The notes: generated by a model from the letters alone, not told the origin. Positions 1 to 14,103 are shown, counted from the first letter of the stretch. The stretch: DNA of 64,000 bases from Octopus vulgaris (GCA_951406725.2 OX597832.1:48360001-48424000), one strand, 5' to 3'. Numbers and translations: made by a program.

Positions 1-283
1 TCGACATCGGCGGAATTTGAACTCAGAACGCAGCGACAGGCGAAATACCTATTTCTTTACTACCCACAAGGGGCTAAACACAGAGAGGACAAACAAGGGC
101 AGACAAACGGATTAAGTCGATTATATCGACCCCAGTGCGTAACTGGTACTTATTTAATCGACCCCGAAAGGATGAAAGGCAAAGTCGACCTCGGTAGAAT
201 TTGAACTCAGAACGTACCAGCAGACGAAATACGGCTACGCATTTCGCCCGGCGTGCTAACGTTTCTGCCAGCTCGCCGCCTTA
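1..283 (-). mobile_element. tRNA-derived SINE family B (Meta-SINE-like core), tandem multimer truncated by window edge
   Basis: Reverse complement of head GGCGGCGAGCTGGCAGAAACGTTAGCACGCCGGGCGAAATG, B-box-like GAGTTCAAATTC and core GGTCGACTTTGCCTTTCATCCTTTCGGGGTCGAT; many copies in window. Confidence 0.85.
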
Positions 284-313
284 ATAGTAATAGTAATAAT
301 AGAAATAATAATA

Positions 314-348
<35 letters not shown>

Positions 349-499
349 AGTGTTCGGCAGACATTAAAGAGAACAGCAAGATTAAAAAAGATCGGTTCAT
401 TAAGTGCAAGGGAGAAATTAAGTGTACTTAATTCTGAAATTACGGAGGAGGAAATAATGACGGAATATTCATGAAGTATGGGAATATGGAGTCTAGAGG

Positions 500-705
500 A
501 TGCCGCCGCCGTCATCGCCGCCATCGCCGCTACCACCGCCGCCACCGCCGCCACCGCCGCCACCGCCGCCACCGCCGCCACTGCCGCCGCCGCCGTCGTC
601 ATCGCCGCCATCGCCGCCGTCATCGCCGGCACCGCCGCCGTCATCGCCTCCACCGCCGCCGTCATCGCCTCCACCGCCGCTGCCTTCGCTACCGCCATCA
701 CAGCC
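500..705. repeat. (GCC/ACC)n GC-rich trinucleotide low-complexity tract
   Basis: Direct repeats such as gccaccgcc; explains the poly-Pro/Ala/Arg ORFs. Confidence 0.9.
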
Positions 706-889
706 TCTTTATGACTCATACCCTTCGATCACCAGGTAAAACAAAGGGAGATAAAAGTCCCGATGCGTCCTACCAACATGTTGTTCAATGCTCACTGTTA
801 AGGTTTCAAGTTCATCATTCGATATCTTAATAAAAAAACCAACGTTTCGACTATACACAAACACGTATGCTCTTTCTCATCCCCTCATA

Positions 890-1490
890 TATTTCTTTAC
901 TACCCACAAGGGGCTAAACACAGAGGGGACAAACAAGGACAGACAACGGGATTAAGCCGATTACATCGACCCCAGTGCGTAACTGGTACTTTATTTATCG
1001 ACCCCGAAAGGATGAAAGGCAAAGTCGACCTCGGTTGAATTTGAACTCAGAACGTAACGGCAGACGAAATACCTATTTCTTTATTACCCACAAGGGGCTA
1101 AACACAGAGGGGACAAACAAGGACAGACATAGGTTTTAAGTCGATTACATCGACCCCAATGCGTAACTGGTACTTAATTTATCGATCCCGAAAGGATGAA
1201 AGGCAAAGTCGCCCTAGGCGGAATTTGAACTCATAACGTAACGGCAGACGAAATACCTATTTCTTTATTACCCACAAGGGGCTAAACACAGAGGGGACAA
1301 ACAAGGACAGACAACGGGATTAAGCCAATTACATCGACCCCAGTGCGTAACTGGTACTTTATTTATCGACCCCGAAAGGATGAAAGGCAAAGTCGACTCG
1401 GCGGAATTTGAACTCAGAACGTAACGGCAGACGAAATACCGCGCTAAGCATTTCGCCCGGCGTGCTAACGATTCTGCCAGCTCGCCGCCT
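890..1490 (-). mobile_element. SINE family B trimer (one head, three bodies) with target-site duplication
   Basis: Three ~180-bp bodies; TSD TCATCCCCTCATA at 877-889 and 1494-1506. Confidence 0.9.
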
Positions 1491-1577
1491 TTTTCATCCC
1501 CTCATATATCTTGTTCAATACAGTCTTAATTTACTGAAATTTATAAAAAAAAAACAAAAAAACAAAGACAAAAACTG

Positions 1578-1690
1578 GTACTCCGTCAGTTACAAAGACG
1601 TGGATTCCAGCTGATGCGATGAGCGGAACAGCTTGCTCATGAAATTAACGTGTATGTGGCTGAGCACTCCACCGACACGCTTGCCCATAA
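1578..1690 (-). mobile_element. SINE family C fragment
   Basis: Matches 44600-44865 and 59783-60100 (…GGAACAGCTTGCTC.TGAAATTAACGTG…TGGCTGAGCACTCC). Confidence 0.7.
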
Positions 1691-3346
1691 CGCTTGCCCA
1701 TATGGGGTAGAAAGGGCTCCTTAACCGTAGTGAAGGCAATCTATCTAGGGAGATAACCTTACAATAAATCACTCGTTCCGTAGCTTAGAAATACTGGGTT
1801 GACGTCCAGCGGGAACAGCTTTGTTTCATGGAGGAGGAAAGATCTTCTTTAGTATTTGGTTATACAATGCTTTCCAATGTGTGTAGTAGTGGCGCGCGCA
1901 CACATTATTAGCCATTTGAAAAGACTATGAAAGTCTCGACCACGGTCGAACAATGATGATGATGATGATAACGTAGTTCCCAGAGAGGTTCAGCGTAACA
2001 CAGGATGTGCCAAGGTTTACCCTTTGAAATTACTGGAGATTGGTTCTATATAGATATTCGGTTCCTATCAGTTGAAAACGTGTTCCTATGTTTTTGTGTG
2101 AAATTATTTAATTTTGGGTTGCTTTAAATTGTCGGCAATAGTCAGACATTTAGATTATCCGCATCCTATCCAGCATGAGTTTTTGATCTTTTACTTAGAG
2201 GAGTTTTGGATGATGCTGGTTGTGGCGCCTTATTAGACTCACCGCTACTTTTATCAATGCTATTTTCCAAAGTAACACTTGATTGCTCTTTCTTGCAAAG
2301 AATCTCGGCTTCTTTTCTCTCCTTTTCTTCTACCCGTTGCTATAAATCCGTTCAAACGATACCATGTCTGTTTGTGTGTGTGAGTATCTAACTCACCACC
2401 AGGGCAGATACAAACGCTCAACATTGGCCAATGGTACGAGAAAAGACTAAAAGTAGAGGATTTATTATATCACTTGAATTTAAATCCCAACGGTCTAGTT
2501 TGGCCTTAGCAGATAAAGTAATATGGATCGAGATAATCCAATACAATTCCGAACTCTATAATCTTTAATCTGCTATCCTTTACATAATTATACATTTATG
2601 TGTGTGTGTGTAGGTGTATGTGTGTGTTTATGCGTGTATGGGACTATGTGAGTATTCGTGTGTGGAACTGTGTATTCGTGTATGTGTGCGTGTTGTGTGT
2701 CGTATCAGAATTATGCCTCTTGCGTTGGTCCGTTTTGGCCAGTGAAGGATTCAGGTGGCAAAAAGTAGGATGGAGAGAGAGTAAGGGTGGAGTGGAACAA
2801 AGGTACAGGGAAGAGAACGGGAAGCAGAATGGGAAGGATGCAATAAAGGGTTATATTTAATCATGTGTGGTTGTGAATATACAGAAATGCGCAAACGTTT
2901 GTATATATAAATACCGGATTTAGAAGGAAAATAGCAACCTCTCATTTATAGTGAAGGATGCGCCAATGCTTATGTTTATGGTGTACCCGACATGCTGGCT
3001 AATATATATATACCCGTGCTCATGAGGACAAAAGGAAAACGCTTTACTTTTAAAATTCAAGTAAATCCCGGTGTAATTCTTTTTTCTGCTAATCAGAGTC
3101 TGCATCTTACAGTGCTGTAATATAAGGTCTACACTTTTCAGGTAGCCTCCTCTTGATAATGGGCAGAGTTTCATTCAACGTTCGCAGATGGCAGTTGCAT
3201 CCAATATGTCAAATTATCGTCTAGCTTAGTTGTTGAGCAGTCCTCACCAACTGGCGAAATAAGAAGAATATTCTAACTATGAAACCTACCCCTGGCGAAG
3301 TTTTTTAAACCCTTTGTTAAAACAACACAAAACGGCTTGTATGAGA

Positions 3347-3735
3347 GCGACGAGCTGGTAGAATCGTTAGCACGCCGGGCGAAATGCTTAGCGGTATTTC
3401 GTCTGACGTTATGTTCTGAGTTCAAATTCCGCCGAGGTCGACTTTGCCTTTCATCCTTTCAGGGTCGATAAATTAAGTACCAGTCACGCACTGGGGTCGA
3501 TATAATCAACTTAATCCGTTTGTCTGTCTTTGTTTGTTTGTTTGTTCCCTCTGTGTGTAGCCCCTTGTGGGGAGTAAAGAAATAGGTATTTCGTCCGTGT
3601 TTAACGTTAAAATTCCACTGAGGTCGACTTAGCCTCTCATCAATCGTGATCGATAAAGTACCAGTCAAGCACTGGGGTCGATATAATCGACTTACCTACT
3701 CGAATTTCTTGTCTTGTGCCAAAATTTGAAACCAA
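3347..3735 (+). mobile_element. SINE family B, head plus about 1.5 bodies
   Basis: GCGACGAGCTGGTAGAATCGTTAGCACGCCGGGCG head, core, junction AAGAAATAGGTATTTCG and a second partial body. Confidence 0.85.
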
Positions 3736-3875
3736 TATTTGTTGTATGAATTTATAAAAGATTTATGCATATAAATTCATGCAAAATATTCGTATTTTAC
3801 AAGCACACATTTATTCCCACATGTAAATCATCTTTGATATTAAAAAAAAGGGTTCAAACACCTACTATAGAGACT

Positions 3876-3891
3876 CTGCCCTCTAGTGGCA
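3876..3891 (-). promoter_or_regulatory. CTCF-like binding motif
   Basis: CTGCCCTCTAGTGGCA is the reverse complement of TGCCACTAGAGGGCAG, a close match to the bilaterian CTCF core, in non-repeat sequence. Motif only. Confidence 0.35.
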
Positions 3892-4424
3892 CAACTGGTT
3901 AGCACACCATACATATTTATAGACAAATACTTATCTTGATTGACTTGTACGGTCGACAGTTTGTCTGTTAAGCTGATGCAGATATTCTTCGACGGTCATC
4001 TACATGAGTATAAGAACAGATATATAGACACTGCAATGTATTTTTTTCACCAATGAAATGCTTTTTATTTTTTATTAATCCTACATTATTTTCTTCTGTT
4101 TATATTGATAAAGATTACTAAAAAATCGATAATCGTAAACAAAAATAAAAAATGGTAAAACTATTGAAAAATTTAAATAAAAGAAAGAAATATTAGAAAA
4201 TATAACAGAGGAACAACAACAGAAAAAAAAAGAAAGAAAATAGAAATGAAAGGAAAGGAAAATATAAAATAAAATAAAAGATAAAGAAATGAAAGAATGC
4301 AGACGACACACTAAAAGTGGCAGGAAATGATAAGCGGCCGGCCATATTGTCTGTTTTGTTGAAGAGCTGAGTGTCTTAATGTCAAAATAAGAACATGATC
4401 TGTACATCATGTGACATAAAACCA

Positions 4425-4527
4425 ATATATATATATATATATGTATTACACACAGGCGCATATACATACATACACACATATATATGTACATATATATAGA
4501 TATATATGTGTATATGTGTATATATAC

Positions 4528-4603
<76 letters not shown>

Positions 4604-4684
4604 TATATACATATGTGTGTATATGTGTGTGTATGTATATATATATATATATACATACACACACATATACACACACATATACAC

Positions 4685-4748
<64 letters not shown>

Positions 4749-4769
4749 CACACACACACATATACACAC

Positions 4770-4830
<61 letters not shown>

Positions 4831-4876
4831 CATATATACATACACACATATCTATCTATCTATCTATCTATCTATC
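4425..4876. repeat. Compound (TA)n/(CA)n/(TATC)n microsatellite
   Basis: Direct inspection; representative of dozens of similar tracts. Confidence 0.95.
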
Positions 4877-5278
4877 TAAAATATCACACATACGCAAAAA
4901 AGTATGCTGGTATATAAGGTTTCTTATTTCATGTATATACAAACGCTCTGACACACACACATACGCACCTGTACACACACACTCCACTCACCCCCTTACG
5001 ATACACATGTATACATACGTATACATACTAGTCACTCACATTGCACATAAGCATATACATAAACATATACTCATATAGGCTCGTTGCTCATTATAGATAC
5101 ATACGCAAGGCTATGCGCTGACCGAACCAAACCAAACCAAACCAAACCAAACCACGTTATTCAAATTTATATGAAAGCATATGCTTTTACATAAGAAGAT
5201 GATAGAGTATGTACATATATCGACCGTCATACACACACCAAGATACACAACAGATGGAATACAAAATGTATACACATA

Positions 5279-5640
5279 GGTGTAGGAGTGGCTGTGTGGT
5301 AAGTAGCTTGCTTACCAACCACATGGTTCCGGGTTCAGTCCCACTGCGGGCCGACCAAAGCCTTGTGAGTGGATTTGGTAGACGGAAGCTGAAAGGAACC
5401 CGTCGTATATATGTATATATATATGTGTGTTTGTGTGTCTGTGTTTGTCCCGCGAACATCGCTTGACAACTGATGCTGGTGTGTTTACGTCTCCGTAACT
5501 TAGCCGTTCGGCAAAAGAGACCGATAGAATAAGTACTAGGCTAACAAAGAATAAGTCCTGGGGTCGATTTGCTCGACTAAAGGCGGTGCTCCAGCATGGC
5601 CGCAGTCAAATGACTAAAACAAGTAAAAGAATGAAAAGAA
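5279..5640 (+). mobile_element. tRNA-derived SINE family A (internally deleted)
   Basis: GGAGTGGCTGTGTGGTAAG (A-box-like), GGGTTCAGTCCC (B-box-like), internal TA/TG microsatellite, tail GCAGTCAAATGACT.AAACAAGTAAAAGA. Confidence 0.85.
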
Positions 5641-5700
<60 letters not shown>

Positions 5701-5703
<3 letters not shown>

Positions 5704-5915
5704 CTCTTTAACTTCTTTCAGTAATTTGACTGTGACCATGCTGGAGCACCACCTTTAGTCGAACAAGTCGACCCCAGGACTTACTCTTTGTAAGCCTAGA
5801 ACTTTTTCTATCGGATCCTTTTGCCGATAAGTTATGGGGACATAAACACACTAACATCGGTTGTCAAAGTGGTGGTGGAGGACAGACACAAACACAAAAT
5901 TATACGCACACACAC

Positions 5916-5980
<65 letters not shown>

Positions 5981-6248
5981 TTAGAGACAAAACCACTATT
6001 TTGCAAATCAAACAAAGACTTAATCCAATACATAAAAAAATTTAATATAAATTAAATTAAATAAAATTTAATTTAATTTTATTTTATTTAATTTATATTA
6101 AATTTGTTTATGTATTGGATTAAGTCTTTGTTTGATTTGCAAAATAGTGGTTTTGTCTCTAATTAATATTATATAATATTTTGCTATAAAATTGGATTCA
6201 ATCCTAAATCTGATTTTTCCCTGTAAATTTGGATTTATTCCCTATATT

Positions 6249-6302
<54 letters not shown>

Positions 6303-6461
6303 GACAGCCTTCTTCCAGTCTCCATCTGCCAAATCCACTCAAAATGCTTTGGTGGCTCGAGGCTATAGTAGAAGACACTTGTCTAAGGTGCCACGCAGTG
6401 GGACTGAATCCGGAACCATGTGGTTGGTAATCAAGCTACATACTACATAGCCACGCCTCCG

Positions 6462-6465
<4 letters not shown>
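5701..6465 (-). mobile_element. SINE family A, split at its internal (TA)n by the fold-back element at 5967-6255
   Basis: 3' half at 5701-5910 and 5' half at 6301-6465, both reverse complement of family A. Confidence 0.8.
5967..6175. repeat. AT-rich inverted repeat (fold-back), ~95-bp arms
   Basis: TAATATTAATTAGAGACAAAACCACTATTTTGCAAATCAAACAAAGACTTAATCCAATACATAAA and its near-exact reverse complement, flanked by (TA)n. Confidence 0.9.
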
Positions 6466-6507
<42 letters not shown>

Positions 6508-6614
6508 GTTTATATATATATGTATGTATGAATATATATCTATATCTATATGTGCATCTATGTATGTATACATGTATGTATATATGTATATATATATACA
6601 CACACCCGCATATA

Positions 6615-6650
<36 letters not shown>

Positions 6651-7059
6651 TGTATGTATGTATATATCATAAAACAGGACATAAAAATCTGATAAAGCAT
6701 TCCTTGAAGAAAATTCTACTGCCTTAAGTGTGGTTCGTTGTTTTGGATTAAGATTAAATGAGGTGAAAGGTATTATGAAAGATAAAAACCCAGCTGGATA
6801 GGATGCGGATAATCTAAATGTCTGACTATTGCCGACAATTTAAAGCAACCCAAGATTAAATAATTTCACACAAAGACATAGGAAAACGTTTTCAACTGAT
6901 AGGAACCGAATATCTATATATGGATTAACAACAGATTTTTTGAAGACATAGCAAACAAAACACACGCACGCGTGGCGCACACACACATACACACGCACAG
7001 AGCATACAATACACTCACACACATACACACATACATACACACATGCGCATATACACGTA

Positions 7060-7146
<87 letters not shown>

Positions 7147-7229
7147 ACAACTCTTTTACACGTTTCAGCCATGCGACTGCGGTCATACTGGATCACCACC
7201 GTGATTTTGCTGACTTCTTCAGTCTGGTG

Positions 7230-7436
7230 TGTTTCACATCACCACTCATTTTTTCTCTCTCCTTTTTTTGTTTTCTCTCCTTGTTTCTCCCTTGTTTTTT
7301 TTTCTGAGTATCTTTTTGTCGAAGAGCGTAGGATCGAAACGTAAAATACTTTTTCTATTCCCGAGCGGTATACTAATACATCTGTTTGTTTTGTACACCA
7401 CCAGCCTTTGTCTTTTGTTTATTTTCGTAAACTTTC

Positions 7437-7441
<5 letters not shown>
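7230..7441 (+). mobile_element. Penelope-like pLTR-type fragment, family P1 (degenerate HHR)
   Basis: Homologous to 8048-8287, 10901-11080 and 47362-47690; ends in (TA)n; GAAGAGCGTAGGATCGAAACGTA. Confidence 0.6.
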
Positions 7442-7502
<61 letters not shown>

Positions 7503-7513
7503 GTATACACACC

Positions 7514-7550
<37 letters not shown>

Positions 7551-8047
7551 GGTGGTGGTTGCATTGAGTGTGCTTCCGCACCCACAGCCACCAAATTTCA
7601 AGCAGGGATATAACAAAAGTTTTCCATTAAGTTTAATATTTATAATGAATTTGCCATTTTCTGTCCATTAACCTCATCTTTGTAGAGGAAATTTTCAGAA
7701 ATATTTATATCCATGCTTTCTTTTTCGATGGGGTTTCTCTTATCATCGTCGGGTGTTATATTTGGAGTCAGTACCAACATAGAACCAAACTAGGGACCTA
7801 GAACATATGTTAATGGTCAATGGATGAGCTCTATTTTGTCACGTTCACGATAAAGATCCCTAGTTCAAATTAAGTCTCGTACTGTCAGTACACCTAGGAA
7901 TAAGGCATGTGATGATGCCCAGAGTTCAGACGGATCTAAACGTTTTGAGTTATGATTAATAGAACGCAACCCCAAATATACGCCCCTGAATATTTGGTAG
8001 TGCCGTAAAGCTCATATATTATGGTAATATATATATATACATATATA

Positions 8048-8287
8048 CGCCATGATAAATCGTTAGCCACTACACACAATTTTTTTCTCTCCTTTTTTTC
8101 CCTCCTTTTTTCTGTCTTTTTTCTCTCCTTGTTTCTCTCCTTGTTTTTTTCTGTGTCCCGTTCTGTAGAAGAGCGTAGGCTCGAAACGTAAAAAACTTTT
8201 TCTATTCCTGAGCGTTATACTAATATATCTGTTTGTTTTATACACCACCTGTCTTCGTCTTTTGTTTTTTTCATAACCTCTACCTAT
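8048..8287 (+). mobile_element. Penelope-like pLTR-type fragment, family P1, with HHR-like motif at 8159-8194
   Basis: CTGTAGA-A-GAGC gtag GCTC-GAAAC-GTA; flanked by (TA)n on both sides. Confidence 0.65.
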
Positions 8288-8469
8288 AAATATATATGTG
8301 TGTGTGTGTGTGTGTACTTACACACACATGCATATTTGTATCAGTAAACATATATATGTGTAGATTGCTTGTTATGTACGTAAAAAGGTGAAATATGTTT
8401 TCCTCAGGCTGAAGCAGGAACAGATACGACTAACATTGCACTGCGGTCGCTTATTTTAGTTCTATCCAA

Positions 8470-9911
<1,442 letters not shown>

Positions 9912-9974
9912 ATATATGTGTGTATGTGTGTATGTTTATATATATATATGTGTGTGTGTGTGTATGTTTGTATG

Positions 9975-10011
<37 letters not shown>

Positions 10012-10182
10012 GTGTGTATGTATATATATGTGTGTGTGTGTATTTATGTATATATCTCTGTGTGTATGTATGTTTGTATGTATATATATGTGTGTGTGTG
10101 TATGCGTGTGTAATATAAATTTATATATGTGTATATACTGTATGTTTGTTTATCTACCTATCTATATATGTATTGAAATATA

Positions 10183-10313
10183 TACAGGGTGATTCAAAAG
10201 TCGCCATACATAAGAACTATTTATTTTTTTTTAGAAGAAAAAGTTTTTTTTATTTAACTGTTTCTTATAAAAAAATAAATTTTTCCCTATGTATGGTGAC
10301 TCTTGAATCACCT

Positions 10314-10317
<4 letters not shown>
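10183..10317. mobile_element. Tc1/mariner-type MITE
   Basis: TIRs TACAGGGTGATTCAAAAGTCGCCATACATA / TATGTATGGTGACTCTTGAATCACCTTGCA in TA context. Confidence 0.8.
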
Positions 10318-10354
<37 letters not shown>

Positions 10355-10900
10355 ATGTTGTTGACTGTATTTTAGTTTCAGTTATAGCTTTTTTAAAGTC
10401 TGTCCAGAGTTGCCTCTCTCAGGTATTTCCCATAGATAACGGCTAAGGAGCTAGAAGCATCTATGTCTGAGGATTCTGATACATGACGACACTGGACAGA
10501 TATGGTGTTTTTGCACCTTTTAATCACGGTACCTGCAGTGAATTAGACTTTTAGCAGTTGAAATATGTCAAACATATTTTAAATAACCTAAACATTACTT
10601 ACATAGACACACACACAAACACACACAAATACATACACAGACACACGCTTATCTATTTGTTTTGCAAATTTCTTGATATGAATTCGTGTTTTGAAATTGA
10701 CATGGTTATCTTTGGGGATGGTCTTCTATTTTGACAAATAGTCACAGGCACTATGGACTTGGTCTTCACTTCAGCTTTATTCCTTTTCTTATTTTAGTGC
10801 CCTTTGTCTGAAATCTTTCGTCGCTGCACATCCTGTGACCTCGTCAGCAACTCTTCATCCTACGTATCTCCCTACCTGTTCTATTTAGTCCATATATATA

Positions 10901-11080
10901 TATGGAGAATTCACGAAAGAAACAAAAGACGAAGACAGGTGATGTAGAAAACAAACAGCTGTATTAGTATAACACTCAGGAATTGAAAAAGGCTTTTACG
11001 TTTCGAGCCTACGCTCTTCTACAGAAAGGGACACAGAAAGAAACAAGAAGAGAAACAGGGAGAGAAAAAATGTGTGTAGA
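10901..11080 (-). mobile_element. Penelope-like pLTR-type fragment, family P1, with HHR-like motif at 10993-11028
   Basis: Minus strand: cttt CTGTAGA A GAGC gtag GCTC GAAAC GTA aaag; stem I cttt/aaag. Confidence 0.65.
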
Positions 11081-11098
11081 TTAGAAAGTATAAAAATA

Positions 11099-11149
<51 letters not shown>

Positions 11150-11215
11150 GTTTTACATAAAGTTGAAAGGTTTAGACGTCGTTGTGTATTGCAAGGATTT
11201 TTCATGTATACACAC

Positions 11216-11299
<84 letters not shown>

Positions 11300-11303
<4 letters not shown>

Positions 11304-11655
11304 TATTTTTTTATTTGTTTCAGTCATTTAACTGCGTCCATGCAGGGGCACCGCTTTTAGTCGAGCAAATCGACCCCAGGACTTATTCTTTGTAAGCCTA
11401 GTGCTTATTCTGTCGGTTCTTTTGCCGAACTGCTCAGTTACGGGGACGTAGACATACCAGTATCGGCTGTCAAGCGATACACACACACACACACACGACG
11501 ATTTCTTTTAGTTTCCGACTACCAAATCCACTCACAAGCTTTTAGTTGGCCCTAGGCTATAGTAGAAGACACTTGCCCAAGGTGCCACGCCGCGGGACTG
11601 AACCAGGAACCATGTGGTTGGTAAGCAACTACTTACCACACAACCACTCCTGCGC
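11300..11655 (-). mobile_element. SINE family A
   Basis: Reverse complement of family A head and tail. Confidence 0.85.
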
Positions 11656-11779
11656 CTTTGTATATATATAATGTATGTGTTTGTGTGTGTGTGAGCATGT
11701 GTGCGTGTTTGTGTGTGTATATATTATTTATATTTTGTTTGTGTGTGTATATATTATTTACATTTATAGATACATAAAT

Positions 11780-11821
<42 letters not shown>

Positions 11822-12433
11822 TGGGAAAGAGAGAGAAAGAGAGAGCAAACGTCTTGATAAAGTAATAGGGAAATTTGTTACCTCGGTTAGCAGATATTAA
11901 GCCTCCAGAACATAATTTAATACATTTAGAAAATGTCAGCACAGCACAGTCAGCCAGTACTGAAAACAAACAAACAAACAACAGACAAAAAATACGAGAA
12001 CAGTAACAATAATAAAAAAAAACGCCCAAATTCCGGCACATAAAACATGATATTAACCGCCAAATACAAGCAGAACAGAACAAAACTAAAGATACTAGAT
12101 GTACGACTCCATCATAAGTAACTGTCTCCATCCCAACGGCAAGTTATTGTATGTTGCGTGTGTTGGAACTGGTTATATAGTTCGAAAGACTATATACAAG
12201 CATATAAGTGAGATATGAAAATATATGAGTAAAGAAAGTATGTTATTGAAGGGAGAGAAAAAAAAGTCAGCTTACGAGAAGCGTAAATGAGAAAGAAAAC
12301 ATGGCGTGTCATAACGTTCAGCACGCGTGCACGTATATTAATCTACATATACGCCATGCATCTAAATGTATGCACATGATATACATACATACATACATAC
12401 ATACATACATACATACATACTCACATACATACT

Positions 12434-12503
<70 letters not shown>

Positions 12504-12794
12504 TTTGAGGGAATATTAATCCAAACTTACAAGGAAAAAAATTAAATTTAGAAATACTAAATCAAATTTCACACAATATGATATATATATATATATATAT
12601 ATAAATTGAAAAATAATACCGTTTATCAATTCAAAATGAACGATTAAATTACACCATCTAGAAAATTACATATAATAGAAATATTAAAATTAAAATAACA
12701 ATAAAATACCAATGATTAAGTAAATTGTAAAAAAAATAAAAACATATATATATATATATATATATATACGTTTTATATATATATATATACATAT

Positions 12795-12930
12795 AACTTG
12801 CTTACCAACCACATGATTCCAGGTTCAGTCCCACTGCGTTGCACCTTGGGCATGTGTCTTCTGCTATAGCCTCAGGCCGGCCAAACCTTGTTGAGTGGGT
12901 TTGATAGACGGAAACTGAAAGAAGCCCGTC

Positions 12931-12967
<37 letters not shown>

Positions 12968-13083
12968 CACACATACACATATATGTATGTGTGTGTGTTT
13001 GTGTATACTAATCTCACAAAAAATAAAGTACTGGAGTCGATTTGTTCGGCTAAAGGCGGTACTCCAACATGGCCGTAGTCAAA

Positions 13084-13085
<2 letters not shown>
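12795..13085 (+). mobile_element. SINE family A (5'-truncated, internally deleted)
   Basis: CTTACCAACCACATG…GAAAGAAGCCCGTCG…GGCCGTAGTCAAATGA. Confidence 0.8.
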
Positions 13086-13124
<39 letters not shown>

Positions 13125-13438
13125 CATGTCCGACCGTCCCATAGGCCTCCCCTTTGAGAAACACTGATTTAACCTAAATTTGAGAGAGCGTGCATTTTTC
13201 TCGCGTACGCGTAGTACCGATCGCAACAGTTGATGTACTTGCGCGTACAGATGCACGTTCCCACGACTTTATCAATCGCATTCTCACCTGGTATCGATTT
13301 TTGTAACCTTTTCAAGACATATACACGCCCTGATATCGTCGGTATCCACATAACAAATTTGAGCGCAATCGGATGGATGATGCCCGAGATCCTAGAAGAC
13401 ACACACACAGACAGACAGAACGGATTTTATATAATAGA
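13125..13438 (-). mobile_element. Non-autonomous Helitron 5' fragment
   Basis: Minus strand begins TCTATTATATAAAATCCGTTCTGTCTGTCTG…CCGATTGCGCTCAAATTTG, the same 5' style as the Helitrons at 55803 and 57897; no 3' CTAG end seen. Confidence 0.6.
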
Positions 13439-13542
13439 TATGTACACACACATATACGTATGTATATACATATATAAAACTATGTACACACATATATATG
13501 TATATATATATACATACATATCTACATGTACACATATGTATG

Positions 13543-13580
<38 letters not shown>

Positions 13581-13615
13581 CACATACATATATATATATA
13601 TTATACATACACACA

Positions 13616-13648
<33 letters not shown>

Positions 13649-13924
13649 GCATACATATATATATATACGCATGTATATATACAGACATGTATACACACAC
13701 ATATATCCATTCATACACACACACACATAACGTGAGAGACAACTGATATACCTTTTGAAGTACCTATCTTATCTGTGGATTATTTCATTCCTGTCTACTT
13801 AGTGAGTTCGTTTTGTAAGATTGGCGCCAAAAAAATTTTTTTACGACATTTGGTAAAGAAAATAATGAAGACTATCGGAACACACCATTAAATTGGTAGT
13901 GATGTAAGGCCACCCGCCCAATCG

Positions 13925-14103
<179 letters not shown>

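Noticed and set aside
890-1490. SINE tandem arrays as CRISPR-like arrays or tRNA genes
   Set aside because: No unique spacers or cas genes, and the tRNA-like heads lack a full cloverleaf and are fused to SINE bodies.
2920-3265. Unique block with a possible minus-strand splice acceptor (ttatttcgccag)
   Set aside because: All frames stop early and no protein motif is recognisable; needs transcript evidence.
4081-5078. Long ORFs (YIYI, MYVC, poly-I/M/N/P) here and throughout the window
   Set aside because: They are translations of microsatellites and low-complexity tracts with no domain content.
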